Both the position numbers and the translations under genes were made by a program. Shown in pieces: positions 1 through 10,822 of a stretch of DNA of 64,000 nt. This stretch comes from Escherichia coli (lineage in GTDB: Bacteria; Pseudomonadota; Gammaproteobacteria; Enterobacterales; Enterobacteriaceae), in assembly GCF_044324785.1 (NCBI RefSeq), contig NZ_CP172127.1, one strand, 5' to 3'. The notes under the pieces are model-generated. The model had not been told where the DNA came from. It saw only the letters and a list, made by a program, of their open reading frames with translations, and did no database searches. The first letter of the stretch is position 1. Each line of letters begins with the position of its first letter.

Positions 1-323
1 CACCTCTTCCCCGGCAAATCACCACGCTTTACCCGTCTGAACCCCTGACGGTATCCCCGGTGGCGGCATGGTCCGCCGGCGGACGAACCGTGGTGGCCCT
101 GAAACTCACCAGTACGGTGAGCCGGCGTATTGTGCTTGATCCGCGAGCCCTGCAGGGCCGTTTTGTGGCGGCCACCTTCCAGCACCGCTGGCTGGGTGCT
201 GCCGGGACACCGGAAGACACCACAATGCTGTATGTGGTGACGGCAGGCCGCCCGGAGAAGGCCTTTGTGGCAGAGCCTGTGGCACCGAGCAGGACGGGCG
301 GGGAGGTGAAACATGCAGATTAA
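1..323 (+). CDS. ICE conjugation protein, C-terminal part (5' end lies left of window); stop overlaps start of next gene
   Basis: Frame open from position 3 to stop at 321-323; operon context with downstream T4SS genes. Confidence 0.4.
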   Translation, partial: PLPRQITTLYPSEPLTVSPVAAWSAGGRTVVALKLTSTVSRRIVLDPRALQGRFVAATFQHRWLGAAGTPEDTTMLYVVTAGRPEKAFVAEPVAPSRTGGEVKHAD

Positions 324-1791
324 GTCCAATACCCTGGTGAAATTTGTGGTACCTGCTGTGGTACTGGCGGGGCTGGTGATCACGATGAAAAGCTGCAGCA
401 CACCGGAGAGCGGGAGTGAGAGTACAGCACAGAGCGGTGCGCTGGCCGGATTATCGTCAGAAGAGCTGCGTGCGCTGGGCGTGGAAGGGGACACGCCGGA
501 GGATACCCTGCGGACCCTGGTTGCCCGCCTGAACCAGGTCAGGGATAACCAGAAAACGCTGGAGAGCCAGAATGCGCAGTTGCTGAAGGACAACGAACAG
601 CTGCGTCGCCGGGGGACGGATGTGTCCGGCCAGGTCAGTGAAGCCGTGGCGGGAATGCAGAAAACCTACGATCAGAAGCAGCGTGAACTGCAGGAGCAGC
701 AGCGCTCCCTGATGTCGCAGATTGATGTGCTGCGGGGGCAACTGAGTGACCAGCTGACGGGAAGTCACACGAAGCTCAGCGATATTCCTGACGGGCTGGG
801 ACTGGATTCAGGCAGTGGTGCCGGGTCGTTGATCTCGCAGGGGGCGGACGGGCTGATGTGGGTGAGTCCGGCCGATCAGTCACAGGATGATCCGCTGAGC
901 AGCGGCGGAAAGAGCGGTCCGCGTTTTCCGACCTCCTTCCTTGAAGATAACCCCCTGACCCGGCAGAAAGCAGCCTATGAGCAGCAGGTGAAGGGGTACA
1001 GCAATGAGCAGCAGGCGGCCACCACGCAGGCCGTGTACACCCTGCCGGAGAACTCAACCCTGACGGGCAGCCGTGCCATGACGGCCCTGCTGGGCAGGGT
1101 GCCGGTAAACGGCACGGTGACCGATCCGTATCCGTTCAAGATCCTCGTGGGGCGCGATAACCTCACGGCAAACGGCATTGAACTGCCGGATGTGGAGGGG
1201 GCTGTGGTGTCAGGGACGGCCAGCGGTGACTGGACGCTTTCCTGTGTGCGCGGACAGGTGAACAGCATCACCTTTGTGTTTGCTGACGGCACGGTACGCA
1301 CGCTGCCACAGGCGGATGTGAACGGTACCACCAACAGCAATCAGCAGGCGAAAAACGGGAATAACGCAGGCGGGATTGGCTGGATTTCGGATGAGGATGG
1401 GATCCCGTGTATCAGCGGCACCCGTAAATCCAATGCGTCAACCTACCTGCCGACGATATTCGGGCTGGCCGCAGCCGGCGCGGCCGGGGATGCCCTGAGT
1501 GAGGGGCAGTACACCTCGCAGAACAATGTCAACGGTATCACCTCGACGCTGACCGGCAGTGCCGGTGAAGCGGCGCTGGGTAAGGCCCTTTCCGGCGGGA
1601 TGAATGAGACCGCGGACTGGGTAAGACAGCGTTACGGGCAGACCTTTGATGCCATTTATGTGCCGCCGGGAAAAACGCTGGCCGTTCACATTACCCGTCA
1701 GCTGGCGATTGATTATGAAGAGCGTGGACGTCGTGTGCGTTATGACTTCACCCTGCCGGGAGAAGCGGGCGACCGGGGCGGCCTTGACTGA
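313..1791 (+). CDS. integrating conjugative element protein, PFL_4705-like (signal peptide/TM, coiled-coil, C-terminal globular domain)
   Basis: 492 aa; N-terminal hydrophobic segment, long coiled-coil (LNQVRDNQKTLESQNAQLLKDNEQLRRR), position directly upstream of VirB4-like ATPase as in GI-type T4SS; family call from memory. Confidence 0.7.
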   Translation: MQIKSNTLVKFVVPAVVLAGLVITMKSCSTPESGSESTAQSGALAGLSSEELRALGVEGDTPEDTLRTLVARLNQVRDNQKTLESQNAQLLKDNEQLRRRGTDVSGQVSEAVAGMQKTYDQKQRELQEQQRSLMSQIDVLRGQLSDQLTGSHTKLSDIPDGLGLDSGSGAGSLISQGADGLMWVSPADQSQDDPLSSGGKSGPRFPTSFLEDNPLTRQKAAYEQQVKGYSNEQQAATTQAVYTLPENSTLTGSRAMTALLGRVPVNGTVTDPYPFKILVGRDNLTANGIELPDVEGAVVSGTASGDWTLSCVRGQVNSITFVFADGTVRTLPQADVNGTTNSNQQAKNGNNAGGIGWISDEDGIPCISGTRKSNASTYLPTIFGLAAAGAAGDALSEGQYTSQNNVNGITSTLTGSAGEAALGKALSGGMNETADWVRQRYGQTFDAIYVPPGKTLAVHITRQLAIDYEERGRRVRYDFTLPGEAGDRGGLD

Positions 1792-1808
1792 ACAGGGAGA
1801 ATGAGTCC

Positions 1809-2213
1809 GTGAAACGATTACTGTTCGTGATGAGTGTGGCACTGGTGCTGTCGGGCTGTGCCACCTCTAAAGAAGAGCTGCTGCCTGCCGGAGAGCAGAC
1901 GATGCTGGAGCTCTGGCAGGGTAAAACCGCAGGTGGCGGTCAGCGGCATGCGCTGGCCGCCCGGGAAACGTTGCGCCGTCCCCTTACGGTAACGGAGCAG
2001 CAGGGGATGAACGCGGAGGCGTACAGCTACAGCCGGACGCAGGAAAGCGAAATCAGCCAGCAGTTTCCGCGTCTGCCGAATCCCGACATGGTGATGTATG
2101 TGTTTCCGCATCTGGCCGGCGGTACGTCGCCGGTTCCGGGCTACAGCACGGTATTTCCTTTTTACAGCAGGACGCAGTATGCGCTGCCAGGTGAGCGTAC
2201 GGAGGCTCTGTAA
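1809..2213 (+). CDS. conjugative transfer region lipoprotein
   Basis: 134 aa; signal peptide with lipobox LSGC; stop overlaps ATPase start. Confidence 0.6.
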   Translation: MKRLLFVMSVALVLSGCATSKEELLPAGEQTMLELWQGKTAGGGQRHALAARETLRRPLTVTEQQGMNAEAYSYSRTQESEISQQFPRLPNPDMVMYVFPHLAGGTSPVPGYSTVFPFYSRTQYALPGERTEAL

Positions 2214-5062
2214 TGACATTCTCGCTTTTCAGACGCCGTGAGGAAAAAGGTACAGCAGAGACCAGGGAACGACCGGAAGCAGAAGCGGGGGCATCTTCAT
2301 CGGCCTTTGTTCCGCCCTGTCCTCCGGGGGCACAGCCCCTGCGACGTCCGGGACAGATGACCCGTGATGCTGAGGCGGCGGTTTATCATGCCGGTCCGTC
2401 GGTTATTGATTTTCTGCCATGGGTGGAATATCTGGATGAGGAGCAGTGTCTGCTGCTTGACGACGGGGTGTCGGTGGGAGCGGTCTATTCGGTGACGCCG
2501 GCCGCAACGGAAGGGCGTACGGAAGAGCGCCTGGCGCAAATCAGGGACATGGTGGAGGATGCCCTCCAGGACAGTTTTGATGAGTACGACACGCATCCCT
2601 GGGTGGTGCAGTTCTACTGTCAGGATGAAAATGATGTGGATGCGTACCTGGACTATCTGAAGGGGTATGTGAAACCCCACGCGCAGGGAACGGCATTCAC
2701 GGAGGCCTGGCTGGGTGAAATGGCCCGCCATCTCAGGGGGATTGCCCGTCCTGAGGGACTGTTTACGGACACCCTGGTCACCGGTCAGCCCTGGCGGGGA
2801 CAGCAGCGACGAACCCGGATGGTGGTTTACCGTCGTATCGGGAAGAACAATAACGATCCGATGTCGCCGGTGGCGATGCTGAACCAGGTCTGCGACCGCG
2901 TGGTGTCCGCACTGGGTGGAGCCGGTATCCGCTGTACCCGGATGAACGGTCAGCAGGTGCACAGCTGGCTGCTGCGGTTATTTAATCCGGCACCGGACTG
3001 GATTGCCCGTGAAGAGCTGTACCGGATGGCCTCACGGGTTGATCCGCGTGAGCGTGGTGATGATGTGATGCCGGTGATGACGGATTTTGCCGAGAGCCTG
3101 TGGTTTAACCCGCCGTATTCCGATCCGGAGAACGGGGTGTGGTGGCTGGACGCCATGCCGCACTGTGCCGTGGTGGTGGAAAAGCTGCGTACGCCGCCGG
3201 AGCCGGGGACCATCACCGGAGAGATGCCCCGTGGGGAAAAAACGGTGAATGCGCTGATGGACACCTTTCCGGAGGGAACGGTGATGTGCATGACCATCGT
3301 GGTGCAGCCCCAGGACACCCTGGAGGACCGTTTCACCCGGCTGTCGAAAAATGCGGTGGGTGAGAACACGGAATCCATCCGGGCGCGTCAGGACGTGAAG
3401 GTGGTGAAGGAGCTGCTGGGGAACCGGCACAAGCTGTACCGGGCAGGGCTCACCTTTCTTCTGCGGGCAGAGGATATGGACAGCCTGAAACGCCGGCGTG
3501 TGGAGCTGACCACGGTGCTTCTGGGGGCTGGTCTGCAGCCGGTGCGGCCTGAGTTTGACGTGGGGCCGCTGAACAGCTGGCTGCGGGCGCTGCCGATGTG
3601 TTTTGATCCGGATACGGACAAAAAGCAGTGGTACACGCGTCTGATGTGGGTACAGCACATGGCAGGATTGTTGCCGGTGACCGGCCGGGATACGGGGACC
3701 GGACATCCGGGGTTCAGTTTTTTTAACCGGGGTGGTGATGTGCTGACTTTCGATCCGCTGAACAAGCTGGACCGTACCCAGAACGCGCATCTGCTGCTGT
3801 TCGGACCAACGGGGGCCGGTAAATCGGCCACGCTGTGTGCTTCACTGTCGCAGGTGATGGCAGTACACCGTCCCCGCCTGTTCATTGCCGAAGCGGGGAA
3901 CTCGTTTGGTCTGCTGGCCGATTATTTTGAGAGTCTCGGGCTGTCGGTGAACAAAATCAGCGTCAGACCGGGAACCGGTGTGACCCTGCCGCCGTTTGCA
4001 GATGCGCATAAACTGGTTGAGGAAGGGCAGGATCTGCAGTGCGTGGATGAGCACTCACTGCCTGATATTGAGGATGAAGCCGGGGATGAAGGGGAGGATA
4101 AACGAGACATTCTGGGCGAGATGGAAATCTCAGCCAGGATGATGATCACCGGGGGGGACCCGAAAGAAGAGGCCGCGCTGAAGCGTGCGGACAGGGCGAT
4201 GATCCGCGAGGCGCTGCTGATGGCCACACACCGGACATACCGTGAGGGGCGGCAGATGCTGCCGGAGGATTTGCAGTCCGCCCTGTGGGAGATCTCCCGT
4301 GACAGCAGCCGTAACGATGTGCGCAATGCAAAGGCGGCGGAGATGGCGGAGTCTCTGGGGATGTTCACCCAGAAGGGGAGTTTTGAGGCGGAGTTGTTCA
4401 ACCGCGAGGGCGAACTGTGGCCGGAAGCGGATGTGACGCTGATTGACCTGGGGCATCTGGCCCGTGAGGGGTATGAGGCACAGATGGCGCTGACCATGGT
4501 GTCGATGACCAACATGATCAATAACATTGCCGAACGTGATCAGTATCTGGGGCGTGACATCGTGTTTGCGGTGGATGAGGCGCATATCGTGACGGTCAAT
4601 CCGCTGCTTTCGCCGTACATGACGAAGGTTGTGAAGATGTGGCGTAAGCTGGGAGCGTGGCTGTGGCTGGCGACACAGAACCTGAAGGATTATCCGGATG
4701 TGTCGGAGAAGATGCTGAATATGGCGGAATGGTGGGTGTGTCTGACGATGCCACCGGAGGAAGTGAACAACATTGCACGCTTTAAATCACTGACGGAGGA
4801 GCAGAAAGCGGTGCTGATGTCGGCGAGTAAGCTGTCCGGCTGTTATACCGAAGGCGTGGTGCTGGCGAAGCAGATTGAGGCGCTGTTCCGTGCGGTGCCG
4901 CCAAGTCTCTATCTGGCGCTGGGCATGACGGAGAAGGAGGAGAAGGCTGAGCGGCGTATGCTGATGAAGGAACACCAGTGCAGCGAACTGGAGGCTGCGT
5001 TCCATGTGGCGCGTAAGCTGGACAGGCTGCGTGGTCTGTCGTCCATGGAGGCGGAGGTATGA
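2213..5062 (+). CDS. conjugative transfer ATPase, VirB4/TraC-like (PFL_4706-like)
   Basis: 949 aa; Walker A GPTGAGKS, Walker B-like FAVDEAH; size and context typical of T4SS VirB4. Confidence 0.9.
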   Translation: MTFSLFRRREEKGTAETRERPEAEAGASSSAFVPPCPPGAQPLRRPGQMTRDAEAAVYHAGPSVIDFLPWVEYLDEEQCLLLDDGVSVGAVYSVTPAATEGRTEERLAQIRDMVEDALQDSFDEYDTHPWVVQFYCQDENDVDAYLDYLKGYVKPHAQGTAFTEAWLGEMARHLRGIARPEGLFTDTLVTGQPWRGQQRRTRMVVYRRIGKNNNDPMSPVAMLNQVCDRVVSALGGAGIRCTRMNGQQVHSWLLRLFNPAPDWIAREELYRMASRVDPRERGDDVMPVMTDFAESLWFNPPYSDPENGVWWLDAMPHCAVVVEKLRTPPEPGTITGEMPRGEKTVNALMDTFPEGTVMCMTIVVQPQDTLEDRFTRLSKNAVGENTESIRARQDVKVVKELLGNRHKLYRAGLTFLLRAEDMDSLKRRRVELTTVLLGAGLQPVRPEFDVGPLNSWLRALPMCFDPDTDKKQWYTRLMWVQHMAGLLPVTGRDTGTGHPGFSFFNRGGDVLTFDPLNKLDRTQNAHLLLFGPTGAGKSATLCASLSQVMAVHRPRLFIAEAGNSFGLLADYFESLGLSVNKISVRPGTGVTLPPFADAHKLVEEGQDLQCVDEHSLPDIEDEAGDEGEDKRDILGEMEISARMMITGGDPKEEAALKRADRAMIREALLMATHRTYREGRQMLPEDLQSALWEISRDSSRNDVRNAKAAEMAESLGMFTQKGSFEAELFNREGELWPEADVTLIDLGHLAREGYEAQMALTMVSMTNMINNIAERDQYLGRDIVFAVDEAHIVTVNPLLSPYMTKVVKMWRKLGAWLWLATQNLKDYPDVSEKMLNMAEWWVCLTMPPEEVNNIARFKSLTEEQKAVLMSASKLSGCYTEGVVLAKQIEALFRAVPPSLYLALGMTEKEEKAERRMLMKEHQCSELEAAFHVARKLDRLRGLSSMEAEV

Positions 5063-5445
5063 TGTGTCTGAAATACCCGAAACCGGAGGTGATGACAGAG
5101 GTCATGCCCGGGGGCAGCGTGTTTTTTCTGCCGCCGCAGGGAAAACCGGGTGTTGCGGATCTGGCGCAACCGCATCTGCAGCGCCTGCGGTCACAGCTTG
5201 AACGCAGGCTGGGTACGCTGCATCGTGTGGTGTGTCAGCCCCAGCGGGTGGGGCAGAGCAGCAGTGTGGCCGTGACAGCAGAAGGGGCGTGTGGCGAGGT
5301 GCATCTTCTGCTGACAGTAGGGGGGCATGAGAGCTGGCCCTCTGAAGAGGAATACCGGCATCCGCGCTGGTATATCCAGGTGGTGGATGCGGCCGATCTG
5401 TTCTACCTGCTGCTCTGGCTGTGTGATGGCGGGCAGGAAGCCTGA
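5059..5445 (+). CDS. hypothetical ICE protein (start overlaps ATPase stop, ATGA)
   Basis: 128 aa ORF translationally coupled to upstream gene. Confidence 0.45.
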   Translation: MMCLKYPKPEVMTEVMPGGSVFFLPPQGKPGVADLAQPHLQRLRSQLERRLGTLHRVVCQPQRVGQSSSVAVTAEGACGEVHLLLTVGGHESWPSEEEYRHPRWYIQVVDAADLFYLLLWLCDGGQEA

Positions 5446-5818
5446 AAAAACTGCCGCTACTGGCAACTGTGTCGTGGTGGCATGTTACTGGCAGGTGGTT
5501 TACGGAGTATGGGCCCAATTCTGGCCTGCCGGAACATGCCCTTATAACCTTTAACACAGCGGTTACATAAAAAACAATGTCTTTTATGCACAGCAGTATT
5601 ATGGCTGAAAGTGAAATAAAAGCGCGATATTATACTGCTTCGCGTCCGGTTGTCATTATCATGGATAGTGCGTTATGTTTATAAAGGCGTGACGGACGCT
5701 TAATTCTCACGCAACGCACCCCTCTTAAATTTTCAGTTTCCGGTTTTGAATTTATTGCTGCTATTGGTGCTGCTTATGCGCACGCTGTAAGTCGGATATT
5801 GTCTGACGGAGGCGTACA

Positions 5819-6214
5819 ATGTACCGGATTTTCTGTTCCCTGTTTTTCCTGCCGCTGGCAGCGTCTGCTGGCACAACAATTTATACCGATTCTCAGCACC
5901 TCCCCGTTAATACTCCCGATGGTGTCAGGGTGGTTCTGCTGGATGCACCGGAGCAGCTTCAGAACCGCTTTTTTGGCTCGTTGCCTGCTGATGCGGATAA
6001 GGCTGAAGCGCTGGTCAGGGCACGTATGCAGTCTCCCGAATGGCAGATGATGCAGGCGGAACTGGCTGCTCATTACCGCGATGTGGCACATGCCTGGTCG
6101 CTGGGCGTGAAGAAATATCCTGCCGTGGTGTTTGATGACAGTGAGGTGGTTTACGGCACCACTGATGTGGTGGTGGCCGGGAAACTCCGTACTGAGGGAG
6201 GAGTGCAGCCATGA
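5819..6214 (+). CDS. integrating conjugative element protein, PFL_4709-like (secreted)
   Basis: 131 aa with signal peptide; stop overlaps next gene. Confidence 0.55.
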   Translation: MYRIFCSLFFLPLAASAGTTIYTDSQHLPVNTPDGVRVVLLDAPEQLQNRFFGSLPADADKAEALVRARMQSPEWQMMQAELAAHYRDVAHAWSLGVKKYPAVVFDDSEVVYGTTDVVVAGKLRTEGGVQP

Positions 6215-7185
6215 TATCCCTGAAAGGTCGTCTGCGTGCCGGCGCGCTGTTACTGAGTGTGGCATCACTGCCTCTGGCGTCTGCGTCACTGAATACTGCC
6301 AGCATTATCGCCAGCGCGGCGGCACCGGACTGTATCAGCTGGCGTGTCAGCGGGATTTGTTACTGGCTTTACTGCAGCACGTTTGGCTGCAAGGTCCGAA
6401 CCTCCGTGAAGGTGACGCATTTCATCCCGGAAGTGGTTGTTTCCACCTATACGGCACCGGGTGGTAATCCCTGGAAAGAGATGTCGCTGGTCAGCCGGAC
6501 GGCAGGTGGCCCGGAGAATGCCATCACTGACGGTCTGTCGGGGCTGAGTGCAGGCGGGGGAAATCCGGCGGATATGAAAGCACAGGGGGAGCGGCGTTCA
6601 GCCATTCGCTTCAAATACGCAGATGCGCTGGGGCATCCGGCAACGAAGCTTATCGGCGGGATGGTGCCCGGATTCAGCTGTGATTCACCGGTGACGCCGG
6701 CCATGCCCTATTTCCTGAGTACCCTGGACAGCATCGTCTGGCGAACGGGATTACCTGAATCCCTGTATCCCGAAGCACTGGTTCCCGGCAAACGCGAGAT
6801 TGGCAGCCAGGCCGATAAAAACATGTGGGGGAGTGTTTATCCAAGAAGCGGTTTTGTGATGCAGACCGATGATGACCGGGCCGCGGCGGTGGTGGCCCAG
6901 CGGGTGGCCGACATTATCACGCGGACGGGGGAGCCGCATGTCTACAGGGAGGTGAAGGGCGTGAAACGTGACGGCTACTGGCCCCCGGAGGCGGTGGAGG
7001 AAAACACCGGCACCCGCAATCACAAATGGCAGCGACTGACGCCGTCAGTGTCGCGTTCCTGTGCCGTTTTCCCGGATGGTGAACACCAGGCAGCGGAGAA
7101 CGGTAATGCCGCCTTTGCACTGTGGCAGCCCTACAGTTGCTGCAAAAAGCGCGGGCAGCGATTCCTTGGCAGTACGAATTTTTAA
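6211..7185 (+). CDS. TraU-like / PFL_4710-like conjugal transfer protein
   Basis: 324 aa, signal peptide, cysteine-rich motif CISWRVSGICYWLYCSTFGC reminiscent of TraU. Confidence 0.6.
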   Translation: MISLKGRLRAGALLLSVASLPLASASLNTASIIASAAAPDCISWRVSGICYWLYCSTFGCKVRTSVKVTHFIPEVVVSTYTAPGGNPWKEMSLVSRTAGGPENAITDGLSGLSAGGGNPADMKAQGERRSAIRFKYADALGHPATKLIGGMVPGFSCDSPVTPAMPYFLSTLDSIVWRTGLPESLYPEALVPGKREIGSQADKNMWGSVYPRSGFVMQTDDDRAAAVVAQRVADIITRTGEPHVYREVKGVKRDGYWPPEAVEENTGTRNHKWQRLTPSVSRSCAVFPDGEHQAAENGNAAFALWQPYSCCKKRGQRFLGSTNF

Positions 7186-7191
7186 GGAACC

Positions 7192-8613
7192 ATGATGATG
7201 AAGATGAAAACAGGTGTGGTGGCACTGAGTGTGATGCTGTGCTGCAGTACTCCGGTGATGGCTGATCTTCTTTCCCTGCCGAAACTGAATGACAGCACGT
7301 TCGGTTACGGGAAATCCGTGGATGGCGCCGTATCTGACAAACTGTTCTATACGCTGGGTGGCGGCTCGGTGATCTCCCAGCCAGCCACGCGCAGCAACAT
7401 GCAGAAGCTGGGTATGGACCTGGGCTGGAGCAGCGATCTGATGTGCGGCAACTTTGACCTGAAGACCACGGTGGGTAATCAGCTTAACGGCGTGACCGAA
7501 GGTTTTAAAAATCTGATGGGGGATGTGATTCAGGGGGCGACCGGCGCCGTTGCCAGTCTGCCGGCGATGGTGATACAGCGTGCCAATCCCGGCCTGTACG
7601 ACATGATCACCAACGGTGTGCTGCAGGCGAATGTGGCTTTCGACAAGGCGCAACTGAACTGCCAGAACATGGCAAAACGGATGATGGACTTTTCTGATCG
7701 CAGCAAATGGACGCAGGCTGCGATGCTGGAAGAGTACAAGAAGGTGGTGAACAGCGGTGACGGCGATGCGGTGAAAGGGGATGAGGCCGGGCGTCAGGCC
7801 ACCGGGAAGGAGGGTAAGAAATGGATTGGCGGACAGCAGCGTGGCGGGGCAGGTCAGCCCGCCATCCGGCCGGTGCATGATCTGACAGCGGCCGGGTTTA
7901 ACATGATGAACGGTCTGCCCGTGACCAGTACGGCCAGCGTCAGTGCCGGCAACTGTAACGGCAGCGCCTGTGAGATGTTCCGGAATGCAGAAGAGGCCGC
8001 GAAGGCGGTGGTGAAGGTGCTGGGTGATCGTACCATGCGCACCTGTACGGATGCGAAGGCCTGTACCAGCGGGGATAATGAACAGCAGCAGGGAACCGTT
8101 GCAGGAACGGGGTTTGCGCCGGTGCTGGAAGAGGCGACCCGGGTGAACACGGAACAACTGGTCCGTCTGGTGAATGGTCAGGAGAAACCCACAGCGGAGA
8201 ATCTGGCAAAACTGAAAACCGGCAGTCTGGCTGTCTCTGCAGGGGTGATCAATGCCCTGCGTCGTGACCCGGACAATATGTCCCTGACATCGCGGCTGGC
8301 GGGAGAACTGGCGATGGCGCATACCGTGGAAACGGCTCTGGTGATGCGCAGAATGCTGCTCACCGGGATGTCTGAGCCGTATGCGGCCGCAGAAGATGCC
8401 GCGATTCAGGAAGGCGACCGGCGTATCGCTTCACTGGACAGGGAAATCATGGCGCTGAAGAACGAGATGGAGCTGAAACGCGATCTGGCACGTAACAGCG
8501 TGCTGACCATCATTGAACGCGACAATGAGCGCGTGGGCAGCAACCCGATGATCCAGCCTGCAGACAATACTGACAGTCGTGTCCGGGCACTGGAAACTCC
8601 GGACGGGGAGTAA
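7192..8613 (+). CDS. integrating conjugative element protein, PFL_4711-like
   Basis: 473 aa, signal peptide, C-terminal coiled coil; conserved position before TraG-N gene. Confidence 0.6.
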   Translation: MMMKMKTGVVALSVMLCCSTPVMADLLSLPKLNDSTFGYGKSVDGAVSDKLFYTLGGGSVISQPATRSNMQKLGMDLGWSSDLMCGNFDLKTTVGNQLNGVTEGFKNLMGDVIQGATGAVASLPAMVIQRANPGLYDMITNGVLQANVAFDKAQLNCQNMAKRMMDFSDRSKWTQAAMLEEYKKVVNSGDGDAVKGDEAGRQATGKEGKKWIGGQQRGGAGQPAIRPVHDLTAAGFNMMNGLPVTSTASVSAGNCNGSACEMFRNAEEAAKAVVKVLGDRTMRTCTDAKACTSGDNEQQQGTVAGTGFAPVLEEATRVNTEQLVRLVNGQEKPTAENLAKLKTGSLAVSAGVINALRRDPDNMSLTSRLAGELAMAHTVETALVMRRMLLTGMSEPYAAAEDAAIQEGDRRIASLDREIMALKNEMELKRDLARNSVLTIIERDNERVGSNPMIQPADNTDSRVRALETPDGE

Positions 8614-8617
8614 GCGT

Positions 8618-8977
8618 ATGGCGATGACTCAGGGGACAAAAGCGGGGCTGGTCCTGAAGGGCGTTAAGGTGGCCGGCATGTGGCTGTCGGGCCTTATTGC
8701 CATGATGATTCTGGCCCTCCTGGTGGCTGATACGGGCATGCGGCATACGCAGGAAGTGGAAGCATTACGGCTCTGGCTCCACGAGACACGTTTCGGATGG
8801 CTGGGGTGGCGGGTGTGCCTCTACGGTGCGCTGGCATGGGGATGCCGGAAAATCTGGCGTGCGCCGGGGTTCAGACCGGAATACCGCCGTCCCTTTGCGC
8901 GGATTTGTCTGGTCAGTGCTCTGTTTGCGTTACTTTGCGAGTACAGCATTTTTTTCGGACCGGGGGCTGAACTGTGA
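8618..8977 (+). CDS. small inner-membrane protein of T4SS operon
   Basis: about 120 aa, two hydrophobic helices; stop overlaps traG-like start. Confidence 0.4.
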   Translation: MAMTQGTKAGLVLKGVKVAGMWLSGLIAMMILALLVADTGMRHTQEVEALRLWLHETRFGWLGWRVCLYGALAWGCRKIWRAPGFRPEYRRPFARICLVSALFALLCEYSIFFGPGAEL

Positions 8978-10476
8978 CCACGAATAACTATCTGGAACAC
9001 TTTCTGACCCTGCTGGGCTGGCTGGTGAATAACGGCCTGTGGGATCTGCTGACGGGGACGGGGCTGTTTGCCCTGCCACTGGCCTTCAGGGTTATCGGGA
9101 TCTGGCTGAAAGTGCGGGAAGAGGGGGCGGATGAGGGAAATAAAGGGATGCTCTCACTGCCCCGCATTGAGCATGCCCTGTATGGTGCATTTTTTGTGAT
9201 GGTGGCCTGCTGTGTGCCGCTGGTACAGGTGACGCTGGACACGCTGAAATTTGATCGCAGCCGTGCCCAGACCTGCGGTGTGTGGACACCGAAAGCACCC
9301 GGTGATACCGGGTACAGCGGGGTGATCAGCAGCCTGGGTGACAGGACAGCGGCCGCCCCGGTGTGGTGGGTGGTGGTGCATAAACTCTCCAAAGGTGTGA
9401 CGCAGGCTGCTGTGGCGTCCATTCCCTGCCGGCCGGATATACGGCAACTGCGTTTTGAGGTGCAGCGGACATTCATTGCGAACCGGGCGCTGGCCGACGA
9501 GCTGCAGGACTTCACCAACGACTGTTACTCGCTGGCGCTGTATCAGTGGAAGCAGCGTGACCAGGGGATGACGAAGGACAGGAAGCTGCTTTCGGATATC
9601 AGCTGGATTGGCAGCAGTACGTTCATGCAGGGTGACTACGGGACACTGCAGTCGAAAATGCCACGTGCGGCATTCCCGTGGAATAGCGCCCGTGACAGCG
9701 GCCGTCCGGATACGGGACGGGGGGGTTATCCCACATGCCGTGAATGGTGGAGTGACAGTAGTGTCGGGCTGAAGAAGCGGGTGACAGAGGAAGTTGATGA
9801 AGGACTGTGGTTACGTATTTCGGCGGCAATGAAAATGCTGGGGAACGCGCAGGCGAACTACCAGGAGGAAATCATCAAACGTCTGGTGAGTCCGGCGAAC
9901 CTGACCCTGTCACAGGGGGGGGAGGTGTACCGTGGCTATGGCGGTAATGCAGATATGACGGCGGCGAATGCGGTCACGCGTGCAGCAGGCACGGCGGGTT
10001 CTGCCGTTGCTAGTCTGGCAGCGTTTCCGGCGTTTGATGCGATGCGGCAGGCGCTGCCGATGGTGCAGAGTATTCTGCTGATGGCGGTGTATATCATGCT
10101 CCCGTTGATTCTGGCGTTTGCGGCGTATGAATTCAGCACGCTGATCACACTGACGTTTGTGGTGTTTGCACTGAATTTCCTGACGTTCTGGTGGGAGCTG
10201 GCGCGGTGGCTTGACAGCTGGATGCTGACGGCCTTGTACAGTTCGGACACGCATTCCCGAGTGAACATGATGGGGCTGCAGAACACGTCGGATGATATCA
10301 TCATGAATTTTGTGATGGGCACGATGTTTCTCGTATTACCGGCGGTGTGGCTGGGAGCATTATCCTGGGCTGGAGTTAATATCGGACAGGCTATTTCTGA
10401 GGGATTCAATCGAGCAGGGCATGTTACACAACAAGCAGGCCAGCATGCTGGAAGTTTTGTTAAAAGAATAAAATAA
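8974..10476 (+). CDS. TraG N-terminal domain family protein (mating pair stabilisation-like)
   Basis: 500 aa polytopic membrane protein; organisation matches TraG_N proteins of GI-type T4SS. Confidence 0.7.
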   Translation: MTTNNYLEHFLTLLGWLVNNGLWDLLTGTGLFALPLAFRVIGIWLKVREEGADEGNKGMLSLPRIEHALYGAFFVMVACCVPLVQVTLDTLKFDRSRAQTCGVWTPKAPGDTGYSGVISSLGDRTAAAPVWWVVVHKLSKGVTQAAVASIPCRPDIRQLRFEVQRTFIANRALADELQDFTNDCYSLALYQWKQRDQGMTKDRKLLSDISWIGSSTFMQGDYGTLQSKMPRAAFPWNSARDSGRPDTGRGGYPTCREWWSDSSVGLKKRVTEEVDEGLWLRISAAMKMLGNAQANYQEEIIKRLVSPANLTLSQGGEVYRGYGGNADMTAANAVTRAAGTAGSAVASLAAFPAFDAMRQALPMVQSILLMAVYIMLPLILAFAAYEFSTLITLTFVVFALNFLTFWWELARWLDSWMLTALYSSDTHSRVNMMGLQNTSDDIIMNFVMGTMFLVLPAVWLGALSWAGVNIGQAISEGFNRAGHVTQQAGQHAGSFVKRIK

Positions 10477-10489
10477 CTACCTGTTTTTT

Positions 10490-10527
10490 ATGGCGATATT
10501 TGTCATGAATATCGCCATATTTTTATT
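10490..10527 (+). terminator. rho-independent terminator after traG-like gene
   Basis: perfect 11-bp stem ATGGCGATATT/AATATCGCCAT followed by T-run. Confidence 0.55.
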
Positions 10528-10822
10528 CTGGCGTTTTGTAAGGGCTACCACTCCATTCTCTACTATCAATAGGATGATGATCTCGATAAAGAGGATGAAA
10601 GGGATTGAACATCGCTTCATTCGAATCTTTTTCATTTGAATCGCATATATCAGATAAAACAGATGTTAAATAATTGTTTTCTTTCTTATTGACACGATGA
10701 ACCGTGTGTGGACCAGAATCCGGTAAAACCGCACAGATAGCCTTTTTCAGCAGGCGGCTGAAAGTCCATGGTGTGTCAGAGGTTTTGCAACTCCACATTG
10801 CTTTTTCTGTTTCATTGGTCAT
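10523..10822 (-). CDS. hypothetical protein (AT-rich cargo)
   Basis: 99 aa from ATG at 10822 preceded by strong SD AGGAGG; no recognisable family. Confidence 0.35.
   Translation of the reverse strand: MTNETEKAMWSCKTSDTPWTFSRLLKKAICAVLPDSGPHTVHRVNKKENNYLTSVLSDICDSNEKDSNEAMFNPFHPLYRDHHPIDSREWSGSPYKTPE

Noticed and set aside
2297-8322. Numerous antisense or overlapping ORFs (e.g. 2297-2962, 3032-3790, 7045-8322) within the T4SS genes
   Set aside because: High GC content produces long stop-free antisense frames; none has an SD or family signal, and all are embedded in well-supported genes.
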